64,000 nucleotides of DNA from Octopus vulgaris (GCA_951406725.2 OX597818.1:85064001-85128000), one strand, 5' to 3'; numbered from the stretch's first letter, positions 40,463 to 54,755 are shown. A program made the numbers and translations. The notes: generated by a model not told the origin, from the letters alone.

Positions 40463-43400
40463 ATGTATGGTTGTGTGTATGTGAGTGGTGGTGGGGTGTT
40501 CCCTAACTTGGGGTCAGACATGGTTAAAATGATTAAGAAGTTCTTTTCATAATCCTTAAGTTCAAGGATCGGTACCACTTCCTGGCACCTTGGGATAAGT
40601 GTCTTCAACCAAAGCCTCGAGCTGTCTCAAGTCTTGGGAATAAAATCAAGTGGACAGACTCTTAAAGACGGTCATCAATTGGACTGTATCTGTAATTCAA
40701 AGAACCAACTTTAACATGACCATCGCACTGATTCTGACTGACGATTGACTGTGGAATATCGAGCCACTTGCACTAAAACTCAATGAATAAACACTTCAGT
40801 AGATCGAATAACTGTATCTTTAATCGTCGAAAACGACGAATACCCATTTAATTTTTGCTTCTTGTACATGTATTTGGATGTGTATATGAAGTGAATGTGC
40901 GTGTAGCCAAGTGGTTAGAGTATTACACTCACATTCGTGATATCGTAGTTTCGAATCCTGAACTGGACCGATCGGCGCTTTCTTCTTTATTCCATGTTGC
41001 TCCAATACACTAAACTGCACATTAGTAACCCTGTGATGGACTTGCATTCCATTCAAAGGAAAAGTTGTGATCTTGGTCACTTATACGCTTGATAAAACAG
41101 GAAACCTGTTCCTTCCTATGACTCGAAACAATAGCGACTTACTCTGTAAATATGAAGACCGGATTAAGGCCCGATGGTACCCTAAGCACAGTTAAGCAAT
41201 TGTTCCCTAATAATCCTTCTACGGTTACCTACCTGATAATACATTATTACATAATAATGGTTCAAAGTAAAATATTGAGATTAACAATTCGGACTTTGCT
41301 TCCAGACCGGTCTCCTTTCAGGTATGTTTAAAATTTGGTACGCGGTGAAGTAGCTAGGCGCAGGCATGGTTGTGTGGTTAAGTAGCTTACTCTGCAACCT
41401 CGTGGTTTTGGGTTCAGTCCCACGGTACTTCACTTGGGGTTGGTGTCTTCTACTTTAGCACCGGGTTGACCAATATCTCCTGAATGAATTTCATAAACAG
41501 GAACTGGGTGAAAGCCCATCGTATACATATGTGTGTGTGTGTGTGTGTGAATTTGCCTCCGTAACTTAGCGGTTCGGCCAAAGAACACGACAGAATGAGT
41601 GCCAGGCTTTTAAAAGATACATTCAACGAAACACTTCAAGGCAGCAGCCCAGCATGCCCGCAGTCCAGTGACTTGAAATAAATAATAGAAAATATAAACA
41701 CACACACACACGGGGTGGGGGGGACGGATTCAGGTAATCCAGGCTAGTATCTCAGCACTGCATGCGAAATCCAGGCAAACAGAATGTATAGGAAGGCACA
41801 CTAGAATTGATATTCGAAAACGACGTTCCATACAAACCGTGTAAATACATGGCAATGCACCGATTATGATGAGGCAGGCTAATGCATCCTATCGCGGAGT
41901 ATAAACATAAACAAAGGAACGACGGTGATAGTATTGTATGCATTAAACGGTTTCGGTAGTTGATTAATTAGTAGAATACGGTCATCTGCATCCCAGCCAT
42001 GTGATTCCGGATTTAGTCCTGCTACCTGGCATATTGGGTGAGTGACTTCTACAATAGCCTCCAGCCGAACAAAGACTTGTGAGTGAATTTGGTAGACGGA
42101 AACTGTGCGGAAACTCGTCATGTGTATCTGTTTGGTGGGGGTGTACACCCGCTATTGCGTTACAGTTGGTGTTGGTTTACCAATAGAATAAGTACCAGAC
42201 TTTAAAAAAAATGTGTTGGGGGTCCACCTGTTCGACTAAACCCTTCAACGCGGTGCCTTGGTATGGCCGCATTTCAGTGACTGAAACAAGTTAAAAGGAC
42301 ATACATACATTACTTTGAGGGAGGGGCCTAACTGGTACTTAAACTTATTTCATTGACCCCGAAGGCACAAAAGACAAAGTCGACATCGGCAGGATTTGAA
42401 CTCATAACATAAGAATCGTTAGGCCCGGCGTGCTAACAATTCTGCTATCTCGCCGCCTTTTACATACACGCGCACAAACATATATATATTCAAATTTTGA
42501 CACAAGGCCAGCAACTTTCGGGAAGGGATAAATCGATTGCATAGACTCCAGTGCTAAACTGGTACTTACTTATCGATCCCGAAAGGGATGAAAAGTAAAG
42601 TCGACTTCGGTGGTATTTGAACTCAGAGTATAAAGACTGATGAAATATTGCTAAGCATTTTGCTTTACGTACTAACGATTTTGCCAACTCACCACTTCTC
42701 GTATCTCTCTTTCTTTTTATTAATGTTTGTTTTTATGCCAAGTTATATATATGAACAATTTATCTTCGAAGCCGCAATCAACTTTTTCCTTGTAGAAGTG
42801 TAACAAACATGAACTCTACTAAAAAATATATATACACACGCCCGCGTGTGCGCACGCACACACGTACACATGCAAACATGTATGTATGTAACTATTTCGG
42901 GTTTGGCTCTGAACGTGATTATAAATGAAATCCAAGATAATTAGTATTGTCTACTCCGGCATATAATTGGTATACAAGTAAAATTATTAAAAATTATCTA
43001 ATCTGAATATTTGAGAATGGATAGTTCCAACGTTTTGGGTACGTTTTTCTTTTTCTTTTCTAATCTTGTTTATAGAAGAGTAAACTGGAATAATCAATAT
43101 AAGGAAAATTATAACTAATGAAAGCAAGGAAAGAAAAAAAGGTACATTGCCAACACGTTTTATGCATAAAACAAAAAAAAATAAGCTGATACAATTTATT
43201 ATGTCGTACCATAGCGGTGAGCTGGCAGAATCGTTAGCGCGCCGGAGAAAAATCCTTTGAGGCATTTTCTTCCAGCTTACCGCTCTGGGTTAAAAGTTGA
43301 TTTTTGCCTTTCATCCCCTCCGGGATCGATAGAATAAGTACCAATTGAGCTCTGGAAGTCGATGCAATCGACTCGCTCCTCTCTACAAAATTCCAGGCTT

Positions 43401-43606
43401 TGTGGCTACAGCAGAAAGAAACAAGAGACAAATACGCATCATCGCGGCAAATTGGCAGAGTCGTTAGAGCTTCTGAGAGAATGCTTTGCGATATCTGTCC
43501 ATACGCTCTGGGTTCAAATCCTATTGAGGCTGACATTACCTTTTATCTTTTCGGAGTTGATAAAAAAAAATATGTAATAAATCGAGGCGGTGAACTGACG
43601 ATTTTG
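35545..43606 (+). repeat. copy 2 of 8.06-kb exact duplication
   Basis: Starts at the first base after the gap with CTACAAATGTGTGCGC, the same as 27381. Confidence 0.95.
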
Positions 43607-43820
43607 TAAAAGGTGGAGATTCTTTAATTTTCGTTCCAGCTTTCTACGTTCTGGGTTCAAATCTTGTCGAGATCAGTATTGCTTTTTACCTTTACGAAGT
43701 CAATAAAATATGTGTAGCAGTCCAAAACGGTGGATAGGCGGTATTATTAAAACATCTGACCGGATGTCTTGTAGTATTTGGTCCTTCTCTTAACGTTTTA
43801 AGTTCAAATTCTGCTGTCGT
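43212..43820 (+). mobile_element. run of 3-4 head-to-tail SINE family A copies of increasing decay
   Basis: GGTTAAAAG/GGTTCAAATC/AGTTCAAATT B-box-like motifs at ~43288, 43512, 43655 and 43801, with preceding heads. Confidence 0.65.
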
Positions 43821-44139
43821 TCATATGAGTGATACACTTAACACATCTACCATCACCACAACCACGTGGCACCTTTGGTACTTTTAGCGGAATACACTCT
43901 GTTACAAGTACTCAGGCCAAGTGTCCGGTCTGAGGATAACCTTTCCTGACCCTCCTTCCAACCAGTCTAAAATGGTACATCAAATGAAAAAAAAAAAAAA
44001 AAAAAAATGCTAAACCTGGCCCTGAAAAACCTGTGATTCCGTCCTTTCCCCCAATGATAGCCTGAGCACGTTTATTTTTGCTTAAAGGTTCATCAAGCTC
44101 TGTATTATACACACAACACTTGCTAGCATTAGGATACAC

Positions 44140-44454
44140 ACACATGCCTAATTGTGTAGTAAGGAATTTGCTTCCCGACTGTGTGGTTTTTGGTTTAGTC
44201 CCACTGTACGGCACCTTGAGCAAGTGTCGTCCTCTTCTATAGAATTGTGAGTGGATTTGCTAGACGGAAGATGAAAGAGGCCCGTCATGTGTGTGTGTGT
44301 ATGTATATATGAGTGCATATATCTGTGTGTGTATCTGTGTATGGATATATAAGTGTATCTGTGTATGTATATATGTGTGTGTATGCATATATGAGTGTAT
44401 TCATGTGTGTGTGTGTCTGTCTGTGTGTGTGTGTTTGTGTGTGTGTGTGAGTGT

Positions 44455-44486
<32 letters not shown>

Positions 44487-44665
44487 TTGTGATGTGTTTG
44501 TCTCACACCATCGCTTGACAACCGGTCTTGGTTTAAGGCTCTGTAATATAGCTGTTCGGCAAAACTGACCGATAGAATAAACAGCAGATTTTTAAAAATA
44601 AGTACTGGAGTCGATTTAACTGGTGCCCCAGCATAGCCGCAGTCTGATGACTGACAAATAAAAGT
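44140..44665 (+). mobile_element. SINE family B with expanded internal microsatellite
   Basis: TGCTTCCCGAC..GGTTTAGTCCCACTGTACGGCACCTTGAGCAAGTGTC ... GCTTGACAACCGG..CGATAGAATAA. Confidence 0.8.
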
Positions 44666-44713
44666 TGGGGACACACATACACACACACACGCACGCACAC
44701 GCACACACACACA

Positions 44714-44751
<38 letters not shown>

Positions 44752-45000
44752 CTCTCTCTCTCTCTATCTATCTCTATCTCTCGCTCTCTCTCTGTATTTC
44801 GCTCGCTCTCTCTTTCTCTCTTTCACTTTCTCTCTCTCTTTTTCCCTGACCCATAGACACATACATTGTAGAATCTCAGATGGTTTAAGGAATTAAAAGA
44901 AAACTTCGATTATCAATACAAATGGTATAAAAAAAATTCCCCGAAAGTGTGTTTAAGATTGAATGCATATATTAGGAATTTACTAGGAAAGGGTTTACCG

Positions 45001-45054
45001 AGAATACGAAGTTTCGGTTTATTCACCTTCGTCAGACTGTTTGACGAAGGCGAA
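45001..45054 (-). ncRNA. degenerate hammerhead motif with fold-back duplication
   Basis: Minus strand CTGACGA-A-GGT gaataa ACC-GAAA-C ttc GTA. Stem I does not pair. Hairpin 45022-45054. Confidence 0.45.
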
Positions 45055-45302
45055 GCCCTTCGGTGGGGTATTTACCTGCGATTGAGAATCAGTTTTATCA
45101 CACTTTGTCGCGTTGATTCTACTTGAGAATTATGTTAAAGTTGTGTGCGCGCATGTGTATGTAATACACAGCCACTTACACGTTAATTAAATGAGTGGAT
45201 AGTATCAGTTGATTAAACTGGAATAATCATCATTGAACCTGACTGAGGTCCATTTATATACTTTTGCTGATATTTGTAGGCAGATACATAAATGTACATA
45301 CA

Positions 45303-45334
<32 letters not shown>

Positions 45335-45443
45335 TATATAAGCGCGCGCACACATACACAGAAATACTTAATGTGTGTGTGTGACTACGCTTGTGTATGT
45401 ATATATATGTTTGTGTGTGTGTGTACGTGTATGTGTGTGTGTG

Positions 45444-45543
<100 letters not shown>

Positions 45544-45707
45544 CATTTATACATATACGTGTTATGCGCGTGCATGTGTGTGTGTGCAATATGTATTTTC
45601 CTTTCCTTTACGCATAGACGTACAAACACACAATCACAAACATTTATAATATAGCAATCTATTTCGCTTACGTTTTACGTCTAACACAGTCACTCTCACC
45701 CACTCAT

Positions 45708-45786
<79 letters not shown>

Positions 45787-46258
45787 CTCACACACATATA
45801 TTCACTTCCTTTGTCTCTCGCTCTCTTCCCACTTGTTTAAGAATATATATACATAGTATATATATACCACCTTGTATAGCTATTCATCTACCTGTCTCTC
45901 AACCAGACTCTGTAACCATTACTATCTCTTTCTAGCTAGCTAGCCAGTATCTTGTTCATTATTACTCTCTCTCTTTCCCTCCCCCTCTCTCTCTCTCGCA
46001 CTTGCTCTCATCCATCTTCCAGTTCTTAAGATATATTGTTAATATTCTCGTTTCTTAATAGGGGCACTCTCTACAATTATAGATTCTGCACATTTGATGA
46101 CCTATAATTCTGTGTATATGCGCGCGCGCGCGTGTGTGTGCATGCGTGTGTGTGCGGGGAGGGGGTGCTGTGTTTATGTATGTGTACAGCTCTCTCCAGG
46201 TGTTTATTATGAAGCTGTGAGTCTTCGTGTGGGTATGTGACACTATATATGTGTATGT

Positions 46259-46306
<48 letters not shown>

Positions 46307-46363
46307 GGGTGAGAGAGAGAGACTGTGTCAGACGTAAAACGTAGGCAAAATAGATTGCTACAT

Positions 46364-46752
46364 GGATGCAGGAGTGGCTGTGTGGTAAGCAGCTTGTTTA
46401 CCAGCCACATGGTTCCGGGTTCAGTCTCACTGCGTGGCACCTTGGGCAACTGTCTTTTACTATAACATCGGGTTGACGAAAGCCTTGTGAGTGAATTTGG
46501 TAGACGGAAACTGAAAGAAGCCCGTCGTATATGTGTGTGTGTGTGTGTTTGTGAATCTGTGTTTGTCCCCCACCATCGCCTGACAACCGATGTTGGTGTG
46601 TTTACGTCTTCGTAACTTAGCAGTTCAGCAAAAGAGCTTGATAGAATAATTACTAGGCTTAGAATGGAAAAGTCCTGGAGTCGATTTGTTCAACTAAAGT
46701 CGCTGCTCCAGCATGGCTGCTGTCAAATGACTGAAACAAATAAAAGAATAAA
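46364..46752 (+). mobile_element. SINE family B, full length
   Basis: GCAGGAGTGGCTGTGTGGTAAG..GGTTCAGTC..TGACTGAAACAAATAAAAGAATA. Confidence 0.9.
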
Positions 46753-46876
46753 AGAATATGTGTGTGTGTGTGTGTGTGTGTGTACGTATGTATGTATGAA
46801 TATATGTTTGTGACTGTATGCGTATGCACTACTATTTTTATCTGAATATCTGAATATGTGCGTAAATATGGTTATA

Positions 46877-46925
<49 letters not shown>

Positions 46926-47040
46926 GTGTGTGTGTGTGTGTGAATGCGTCCATGTAAAAATCAAGGAGTTTTTATGCTGTCACACAACCTATGGCTCATG
47001 CATACATACATACATACATACATACATACATACATACATG

Positions 47041-47260
47041 TTTCTTTATTACCCACAAGGGGCTAAACATAGAGGGGACAAACAAGGACAGACAAACGGA
47101 TTAAGTCAATTACATCGACCCCCAGTGCGTAACTGGTAGTTAATTTATCGACCCCGAAAGGATGAAAGGCAAAGTCGACCTCGGCGGAATTTGAACTCAG
47201 AACGAAGCGACAGGCGAAATGCCGCGAAGCACTTCGTCTGGCGTGCTAACGTCTCTGCCA
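47041..47260 (-). mobile_element. SINE family A variant with alternative (Tx1-like) 3' tail
   Basis: Family A head/core; tail TTTGTCCCCTCTATGTTTAGCCCCTTGTGGGTAATAAAGAAA. Confidence 0.85.
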
Positions 47261-47382
47261 TACATACATACATAAATACATACATACATGTACGAGTTCT
47301 AATACATATTTACATTACAATACATCTGTATCATTTCTCTATGCAATGATACACACACATACACACACACACACACACACAC

Positions 47383-47602
47383 AAGAGGGCGGGGCGAAAA
47401 AGTTCCTGGCTTTGGATAAAAGAAAATACAGGAGGATCAGTTAATTATAGATTTCTTCCACCTATTCCCCTCTCAGATTCACACACTCATTACGACATTC
47501 CTTCAGTGTTATTTTTTAAGCCTTGTAAAAGAACTCGGGAGGTTGGGCCCACAACAAGGCTTTTCGTAATACCCTTAATACCCTTTTCAGCACGCCCTTG
47601 TA
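47383..47602. mobile_element. mariner-derived MITE (~220 bp)
   Basis: Imperfect TIRs AAGAGGGCGGGGCGAAAAAG / CTTTTCAGCACGCCCTTG followed by TA. Confidence 0.65.
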
Positions 47603-47649
47603 TATACCTGGTCGTTAATTTGTGTGAGTTATTTAGTCATACGTAACTT

Positions 47650-47710
<61 letters not shown>

Positions 47711-48404
47711 TCACTCACTTTGCGCGCGCGTGTCCGGGTTTTAACAAATGAGAGAAAAAAAGTATTCAGAACCTCGATAGTAAATAAAAACAATTACATT
47801 TTGCAGTTGATCCAACGATTGGTGTTCTCTCTCTCTATCTCTCTCTCCCCTTCTCCCCCATTCTCTCTCTCTAGTTGTTTCCTTTCAGAGGAACCAACAA
47901 AGGAACCGACTACACACACACACACACCGAGGAAACTCCAAATAAAAAAGCTGCTGGATCAGCTGAAATAATTTATATTTGTGCGTGTGAGTATCTATCT
48001 GTCTACCTGTGTATGAGTATATCTACTGACCTCTGCCCCCTCTTCCTCTCTCTATATATGCAGGTGTGTATGTGTGTGCGAGATATATATAAATGTCTAT
48101 ATATATATTCACGCATGAATACATTTGAATACGTATATAGCGAAATAGATCGATATGTATGTAAATAATACACACACACACACACACAGAGCTTATGTGC
48201 GCATGCGTGTATACACACACACACACATATGTGTGTATATATTTATATACACACATATAAAATCTGTGTATATGATTATCTCTTTATATGCGTGTGTGTG
48301 TGTGTGTGTGTGTGTGTATACGCGCAAACTCATGTGTATACGCGTACACTCATGCATAAGTACATCCATTCAGCCATACATTTTATGCATACACACATAT
48401 ATAT

Positions 48405-48632
48405 ATTTCTTTACTACCCACAAGGGGCTACACACAGAGGGGACAAACAAGGACAGACAAACGGATTAAGTCGATTACATTGACCCCAGTAAGTAACTGG
48501 TACTTTATTTATCGACCCCGAAAGGATGAAAGGCAAAGTCGACCTCGGCGGAATTTGAACTCGGAACGTAACGACAGACGAAATACGGCTACGCATTTCG
48601 CCCGGCGTGCTAACGTTTCTGCCAGCTCGCCG
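48405..48632 (-). mobile_element. SINE family A variant with alternative (Tx1-like) 3' tail, full length
   Basis: CGGCGAGCTGGCAGAAACGTTAGCACGCCGGGCG head; tail TTTGTCCCCTCTGTGTGTAGCCCCTTGTGGGTAGTAAAGAAAT. Confidence 0.88.
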
Positions 48633-48771
48633 ACACATATATACACAGACACAGAACTGCACGCATATATATATATATATATATGTATAGCATTCTACTT
48701 GTCTGTTTATGAAACCATTTAATCTTCTAGAGAAATATTTTCAGATTCTTCTCTCCCCGTCCCTCTCTCTT

Positions 48772-48819
<48 letters not shown>

Positions 48820-48826
<7 letters not shown>

Positions 48827-49027
48827 AAAGGGTATAGTCTTGTAGCTGTTTGTGGGATATTATGGATATCTCTTCACCAGATACGATGTGAGAGCGGTAA
48901 ATGTCTGAGTTCGAATAATAATTTCCTTATTTCGAACTCAAACATTTACTTCTCTCACATCGTCTCTGATGAAGGGATATCCATAATACTCCAGAAACAT
49001 CTGTAAGACTATATATCTTTCCTTATA
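48820..49027. mobile_element. palindromic Penelope-like relic with hammerhead (48962-49009 +, decayed mirror on -)
   Basis: Arms ~48820-48916 / 48930-49027. GTCT-CTGATGA-A-GGGATAT ccata ATACTCC-A-GAAA-CATCTGTA-AGAC; the two-arm consensus restores stem II GGGATAT/ATATCCC and palindromic ACAGCTGT. Confidence 0.75.
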
Positions 49028-49106
49028 AATGTCCTGAAAACTCCTCACAGCCTTGGCTTTGTTATCTGTCTTGTCGAATATATAAATAAATATATATATA
49101 TATATA

Positions 49107-49318
49107 TAACGGGAAGGTTTACGTAAATAAACAAAAGACGAAGGCAGGTGGAGTACAAACAAACAAATGTATTAGTATGGCGCTCAGGAATAGAAATAGA
49201 ACAAGTCTTTTACGTTTCGAGCCTACGCTCTTCGATAGAAAGATACACAGAAAAAAAAAAAAAACAGGGAGAGAAAAAAATTGCGTGTAGGAGCTAACGA
49301 TCTATCATGGCGTTCTGA
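49107..49318 (-). mobile_element. second copy of the 7371-7570 element in (TA)n; variant HHR fold at 49206-49243
   Basis: High similarity to 7371-7570; core reads CTATCGA. Confidence 0.7.
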
Positions 49319-49928
49319 TATATATATATCATTGTGTCTAGGGAGAGTAATTCCCTTTTAATGCCTTACTACTTAACACACCCACCGGTTCGATTTCCAC
49401 TCATTTACTTATTGCATTTATATCTTGCAACAATTTCAATGGTCGTTGACTTTCTAATATATATGTGTATAATACACACACAGATATATATATATACATA
49501 TATAAATTCGTATTTTATGCATGCCAAAACATACAGGTAATGGCTTACTTACGGCTTCGAATATGCCTCAAGCATGTTTGAACTGGCAACAAGTTGATTT
49601 GTTTTTTGGTATTTTTTTTACCTACCTATCTATCTAGCTAGCTGTGTGTATGTTTGTGTGTATGTGCGCTTATGTGTGTCCCTCAACACGATACCTGAAA
49701 TTCTTCGCTGCACATTAGATGATGCTGTAGAACCAATAATTTGTTCAAAGACCTGTCCGATGCAAAAACGCTAAAAATACTGTAACCACGCTTCACATCA
49801 TTCTGCGCTTATTTTTCAAATTTCTTTCTTAACTTGATGATGGTGGTGTTGGAGTAAGTGCAGCTTCGATCCTATGTGATCTGAATTGAAAGGGCTGTAG
49901 TTTTGAATCTGTCTGTCTGCATGTGTGT

Positions 49929-50009
<81 letters not shown>

Positions 50010-50015
50010 CCTGCT

Positions 50016-50071
<56 letters not shown>

Positions 50072-50728
50072 TATACCTGGTTGTATAATTTTGTTTACCT
50101 TTATGTATACAAAACTCTCCAAATTATTAAAGAAATCATTACAGTCACACATATGTATATATTTATGTGTGTGTGTGTGTGTGTGCATAACGCACACACG
50201 CACACACATACACCCTCATATTTGCATACACGCTTACGTGCAAACATACGCATATAATTTTGATACATCGTTATGCGTGTATACATACATTCATTCGAAC
50301 GTGCACACACACGAACACATACACACACACACACACACACACGCATATAGATAATATTGATTGTCCTGTATGTGATTATAAACATACGTACGTGTACACA
50401 CCACACACATACATCTGCAAATACACACCCATACTCACGCATGTTTATATATATATATATATAATATTGATTGGTCTGTTTGTGAGTGTGTATATATATA
50501 TATATATATACATACATACGTACATACCTATGTGCACTCACACATATTTATGCGCATACATACACGTTCACACACACACACGCACACATAATATTGATTG
50601 GTCTGAGTATATACATAGACGCGCACACACTCTAACAGAGACAGACATGTATGTGTACACAATATTGATTAGTCTATATAAATGTGTGCGTATGCACAGG
50701 TTTATCTGTATGTATGTATGTATGTATG

Positions 50729-50759
<31 letters not shown>

Positions 50760-50929
50760 TTATGTATATCACCAGTAACTGATTGTAAAGTGATCTTGTG
50801 GTAGCTTGCACGTGAGTATAGATATAAAGTGGTGGCGGCGGCGGAGGTGGAGCTGACTTTTGTGGAGGTTGTGACTGTGGTGAGGGTCGTCTTTGTGGTG
50901 GCGGTGGTGTTTGAGTAGTAGTAGTAGTG

Positions 50930-50972
<43 letters not shown>

Positions 50973-51363
50973 CTGATGGTGGTCGTGGTGGTGGTCGTCG
51001 TCAGCATTAACTAAGTCCTTTTCCTTAATGAATTCTGTAACGTTGCTTGAGGGAGATTTTGCCTGCTCTTTCGAGCAGATCCAGTGACGACGAGGAGCTC
51101 CCTCTTGTAGTTGTTTGTGTATGTCTGTCTGTGTGTGCTTGTCTGTGCATGCGTCGGTCTGTAGAAATGCATATGTGCGTAGAGTTATATTGCATGTGCA
51201 TGTGAGTATATATATATTAGTTTGATAAGTATTCACGCACGAACTCTCGGCCCTTGAGTTGCTTCGTTGCCTCTGTTAAATATTGATAAAAAAAAATATA
51301 CATATACTCATGTTTTTAAGTTTTATTTATCCTGTTTGCTTCACAAAACCTGTATCTCTCTCC

Positions 51364-51415
<52 letters not shown>

Positions 51416-51433
51416 GCAGCAAAAACAACACAA

Positions 51434-51603
51434 AAACTGTTACTCTGAGTTTCACGTTCCCGTTCATCGGATAGTTTTGTTTGGAATGGAACAAAAATAA
51501 GGTTATCAGCAAACATACAATTAGTTAAATAGATACAGGGACACATATACATACATACATACATATATATATATATACATACATGGAAACTGAAAGAAGC
51601 CCG

Positions 51604-51642
<39 letters not shown>

Positions 51643-51831
51643 TTTGTTTTTGTGTTAGTGTGTCTCCACCACCGCTTGACAACCGGTTTTGGTTTATTTA
51701 TGTCCCTGTAAATAGTTTGATAATGTGTAACTATTAAACTAATTGTATATGTTTGCTGATAACCTTATTTTTGTTCCATTCTAAATAAATCTGTCCGACG
51801 AACAGGAACGTGAAACTCTGAGTAACAGTTT
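51434..51831. mobile_element. inverted pair of hammerhead-bearing ~100-bp arms around a SINE B fragment
   Basis: Arms ~51434-51537 / 51726-51831. HHR folds at 51437-51474 (-) CTAT-CCGATGA-ACG ggaa CGT-GAAA-CTCAGAGTA-ACAG and 51791-51828 (+) CTGT-CCGACGA-ACA ggaa CGT-GAAA-CTCTGAGTA-ACAG. Confidence 0.7.
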
Positions 51832-51929
51832 CTGTGATAGTCTTGCTGCTTTTTAATAAAACATATAACTGTACCTCTTATATTCGGGCACTATTTTTTC
51901 TACTTGTTTTGCATTTATGTGCTTACTTG

Positions 51930-51962
<33 letters not shown>

Positions 51963-51965
<3 letters not shown>

Positions 51966-52756
51966 ACGGGTTTCTTTCAGTTTCCGTCTACCAAATCCCA
52001 AAGCTTTGGTCAGCTCGAGGCTATAGTAGAAGACGCTTGTCCAAGGTGCCACGCAGTAGAACTGAACCCGGAACCATAAGCAAGCTACTTACCACACACA
52101 CACACATACACACACACATATATATGTTGCATTATGTGGAGTTAATCCTTACGACATTAACGTGTTGTGTGCTTTGAAGTGTGTGTGTGCGCACACTTAT
52201 CTGTGAATAAATAGTATGTTTGATGGTATACTGTGGTATATGTGTGTATACGGTAGTGTGTGTGTGCGTGTGTGTGTGCATGAGAGAAAGTGGGGTGCGC
52301 AATATATTACGCGCATATACATATATACATAAACACATGGAAACTGCAAGAAGCCCGTCATATATATATATATTTGCGTTTGTTTTTGTGTTAGTGTATC
52401 TCTTGACAACCGATATTTGGTTTATTTACGTCCCTGTAACTTAACAGTTTGGTAATAAAGACCGATAGAATACGTATCAAACTTATAAATAAATAATAAG
52501 TTCTGGGATCGATTCTTTTGACTATAAAAACCTTTCGAAGCAGTATCCCGGCATGGCTGCAGTCCAGTGACTGAAACCAGTAAAAGATAAATGACACATA
52601 CGTGGCCGTGTGGTAAGAAGCTTGCTTCCCAATCACATGGTTCTGGATTCAGTCCCGCTACGTGGCACCTCGTTGTAGTGTCTTCTACTATAGCCATGGA
52701 CCGACCAAGCACTCATGAGTGGATATGGTAGACGGAAACTGAAAGAAGCCCGTCGT

Positions 52757-52827
<71 letters not shown>

Positions 52828-53056
52828 TACATGTGTGTGAGAGAGAGGCAGAGAGAAAGAGAGAGTTTGTCCGCCACTACCGCTTGACAACCGGTAAAGG
52901 TGTTTTAACAGTCCCGGAGGTTAAAGGTTCGGCAAAAGAGAGCGATAGAATAAGTACCAAGGCTTTAAAAAGCGTTTATGGGGTCGATTCACTAGACTAG
53001 AAATTTTTGAAGGCGGTGCTCCAACATGGCTACAGTCTAATGACAGAAACAAGATC
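51963..53056. mobile_element. cluster of SINE family B copies (51963-52095 -, 52335-52590 +, 52600-53056 +)
   Basis: Family B motifs. Confidence 0.8.
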
Positions 53057-53132
53057 AAAAAAATCCGTGCGTATATATGTATATAAATACATATATGTAC
53101 GAACAGATAGACAGACAAACAGACAGACAATC

Positions 53133-53169
<37 letters not shown>

Positions 53170-53195
53170 GGTAGGTAGGTAGGTAGGTAGGTAGG

Positions 53196-53259
<64 letters not shown>

Positions 53260-53425
53260 AGCATGCGGTGTGTATATGTATGTGTATCTGCAACTGTGTG
53301 CTGATGAGATTATGTCTGCGTATGAGTGTGTACACGACGGTGTGTGTAAATTAACACAGCCGTATATCTCTGTATTTCTATTTAAGTATATGGATCTGAA
53401 TCTCCTCTCTTTCACACTCTCTATT

Positions 53426-53472
<47 letters not shown>

Positions 53473-54559
53473 GTCTATCTCCTCTCTCTCTCTCCCTCTC
53501 TCTCCCCCTCTCTCCCTCTCTCCCTCTCTCTCTCTCTCTTTCCCTCATTCCATCCAGCTCTTGTTAACACCAAGTAACTGTTGATCAGCAGACCCCATGA
53601 TAGGATACAATCTAGCCGTGACTATCTCGTTATTTTTTCGCTTTCCTTTCTCAGACAGAGAATAAATATTCTATGTTGTTTATACTTTGAATGCGATGTG
53701 ATTGCTATTTGTAGCAGGTCGACGCACCCCTTAACGGCTACATAATTGGCGTATGTGCGAATGTGTGATGCTTGTACACTGTATGTGTGCGTGCGTGCGT
53801 GCATGTGTGCGCCTTTCTGAGTTTGCCTACGTGTGTGAATCTGCGTGTGCGCGTGATCCTGTAGTGCTTTCATTCTATAATCCGCTTTTCCCGCTTATTC
53901 GATGTGTGTGTATGTGCATATGTCCTTGTGTGTGTGCATGCATTTGAATTGTAAGTTCCTTACTCTTTCTCTCACTGCTTCTTTCTGTATATCTCTCTTC
54001 CTTTCTCTTTCTCTCATACATACATATATATATATATACAGAGAGAGAGAGGAGACAGAGGGAAAGATCTGTGAATGTGCAGTGCGTGCGCGCTTGTGTA
54101 TGTGCAGTTGGTAAGCAGCATTGCTGAAGTGTTAGACAAACGTCTTCAGATGTATAATAACGGCCATTACGTTACGAGTTCAAATCCTGCCTAGATCTTT
54201 TTTTTTTTTTTTTTTCTTATTGTTTTCATTTCTCCTCCTAGAGTCGATAAAATAAACAAAAGACCAGTCAAGGATTAGGGTATGTTTATATTCTTAAAAT
54301 GCATCCTAGATGTGGGAGAAATTATAACCCGAAGTTGTTTATGCCACATTATACGCGAGCGCGCATGTGTGTGCGCGGGGTTTTATATTCTTATATTAAA
54401 CACTTCATAGTTTGTGCGAAATGCATATTTCTCCTGTATATTTTAGAGAGAGTGAATCAGTGTTCTGTAATTCTTGCATGTACGACCATTGTACGTGTGT
54501 GAATATATACACTATATTATGTGAATATATACACTATATTACGTGCTTACATATGTATT

Positions 54560-54755
<196 letters not shown>

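Noticed and set aside
27381-43606. Recent biological segmental duplication
   Set aside because: Boundaries coincide exactly with a 100-N gap and differences are homopolymer-type, so an artefact is more parsimonious.
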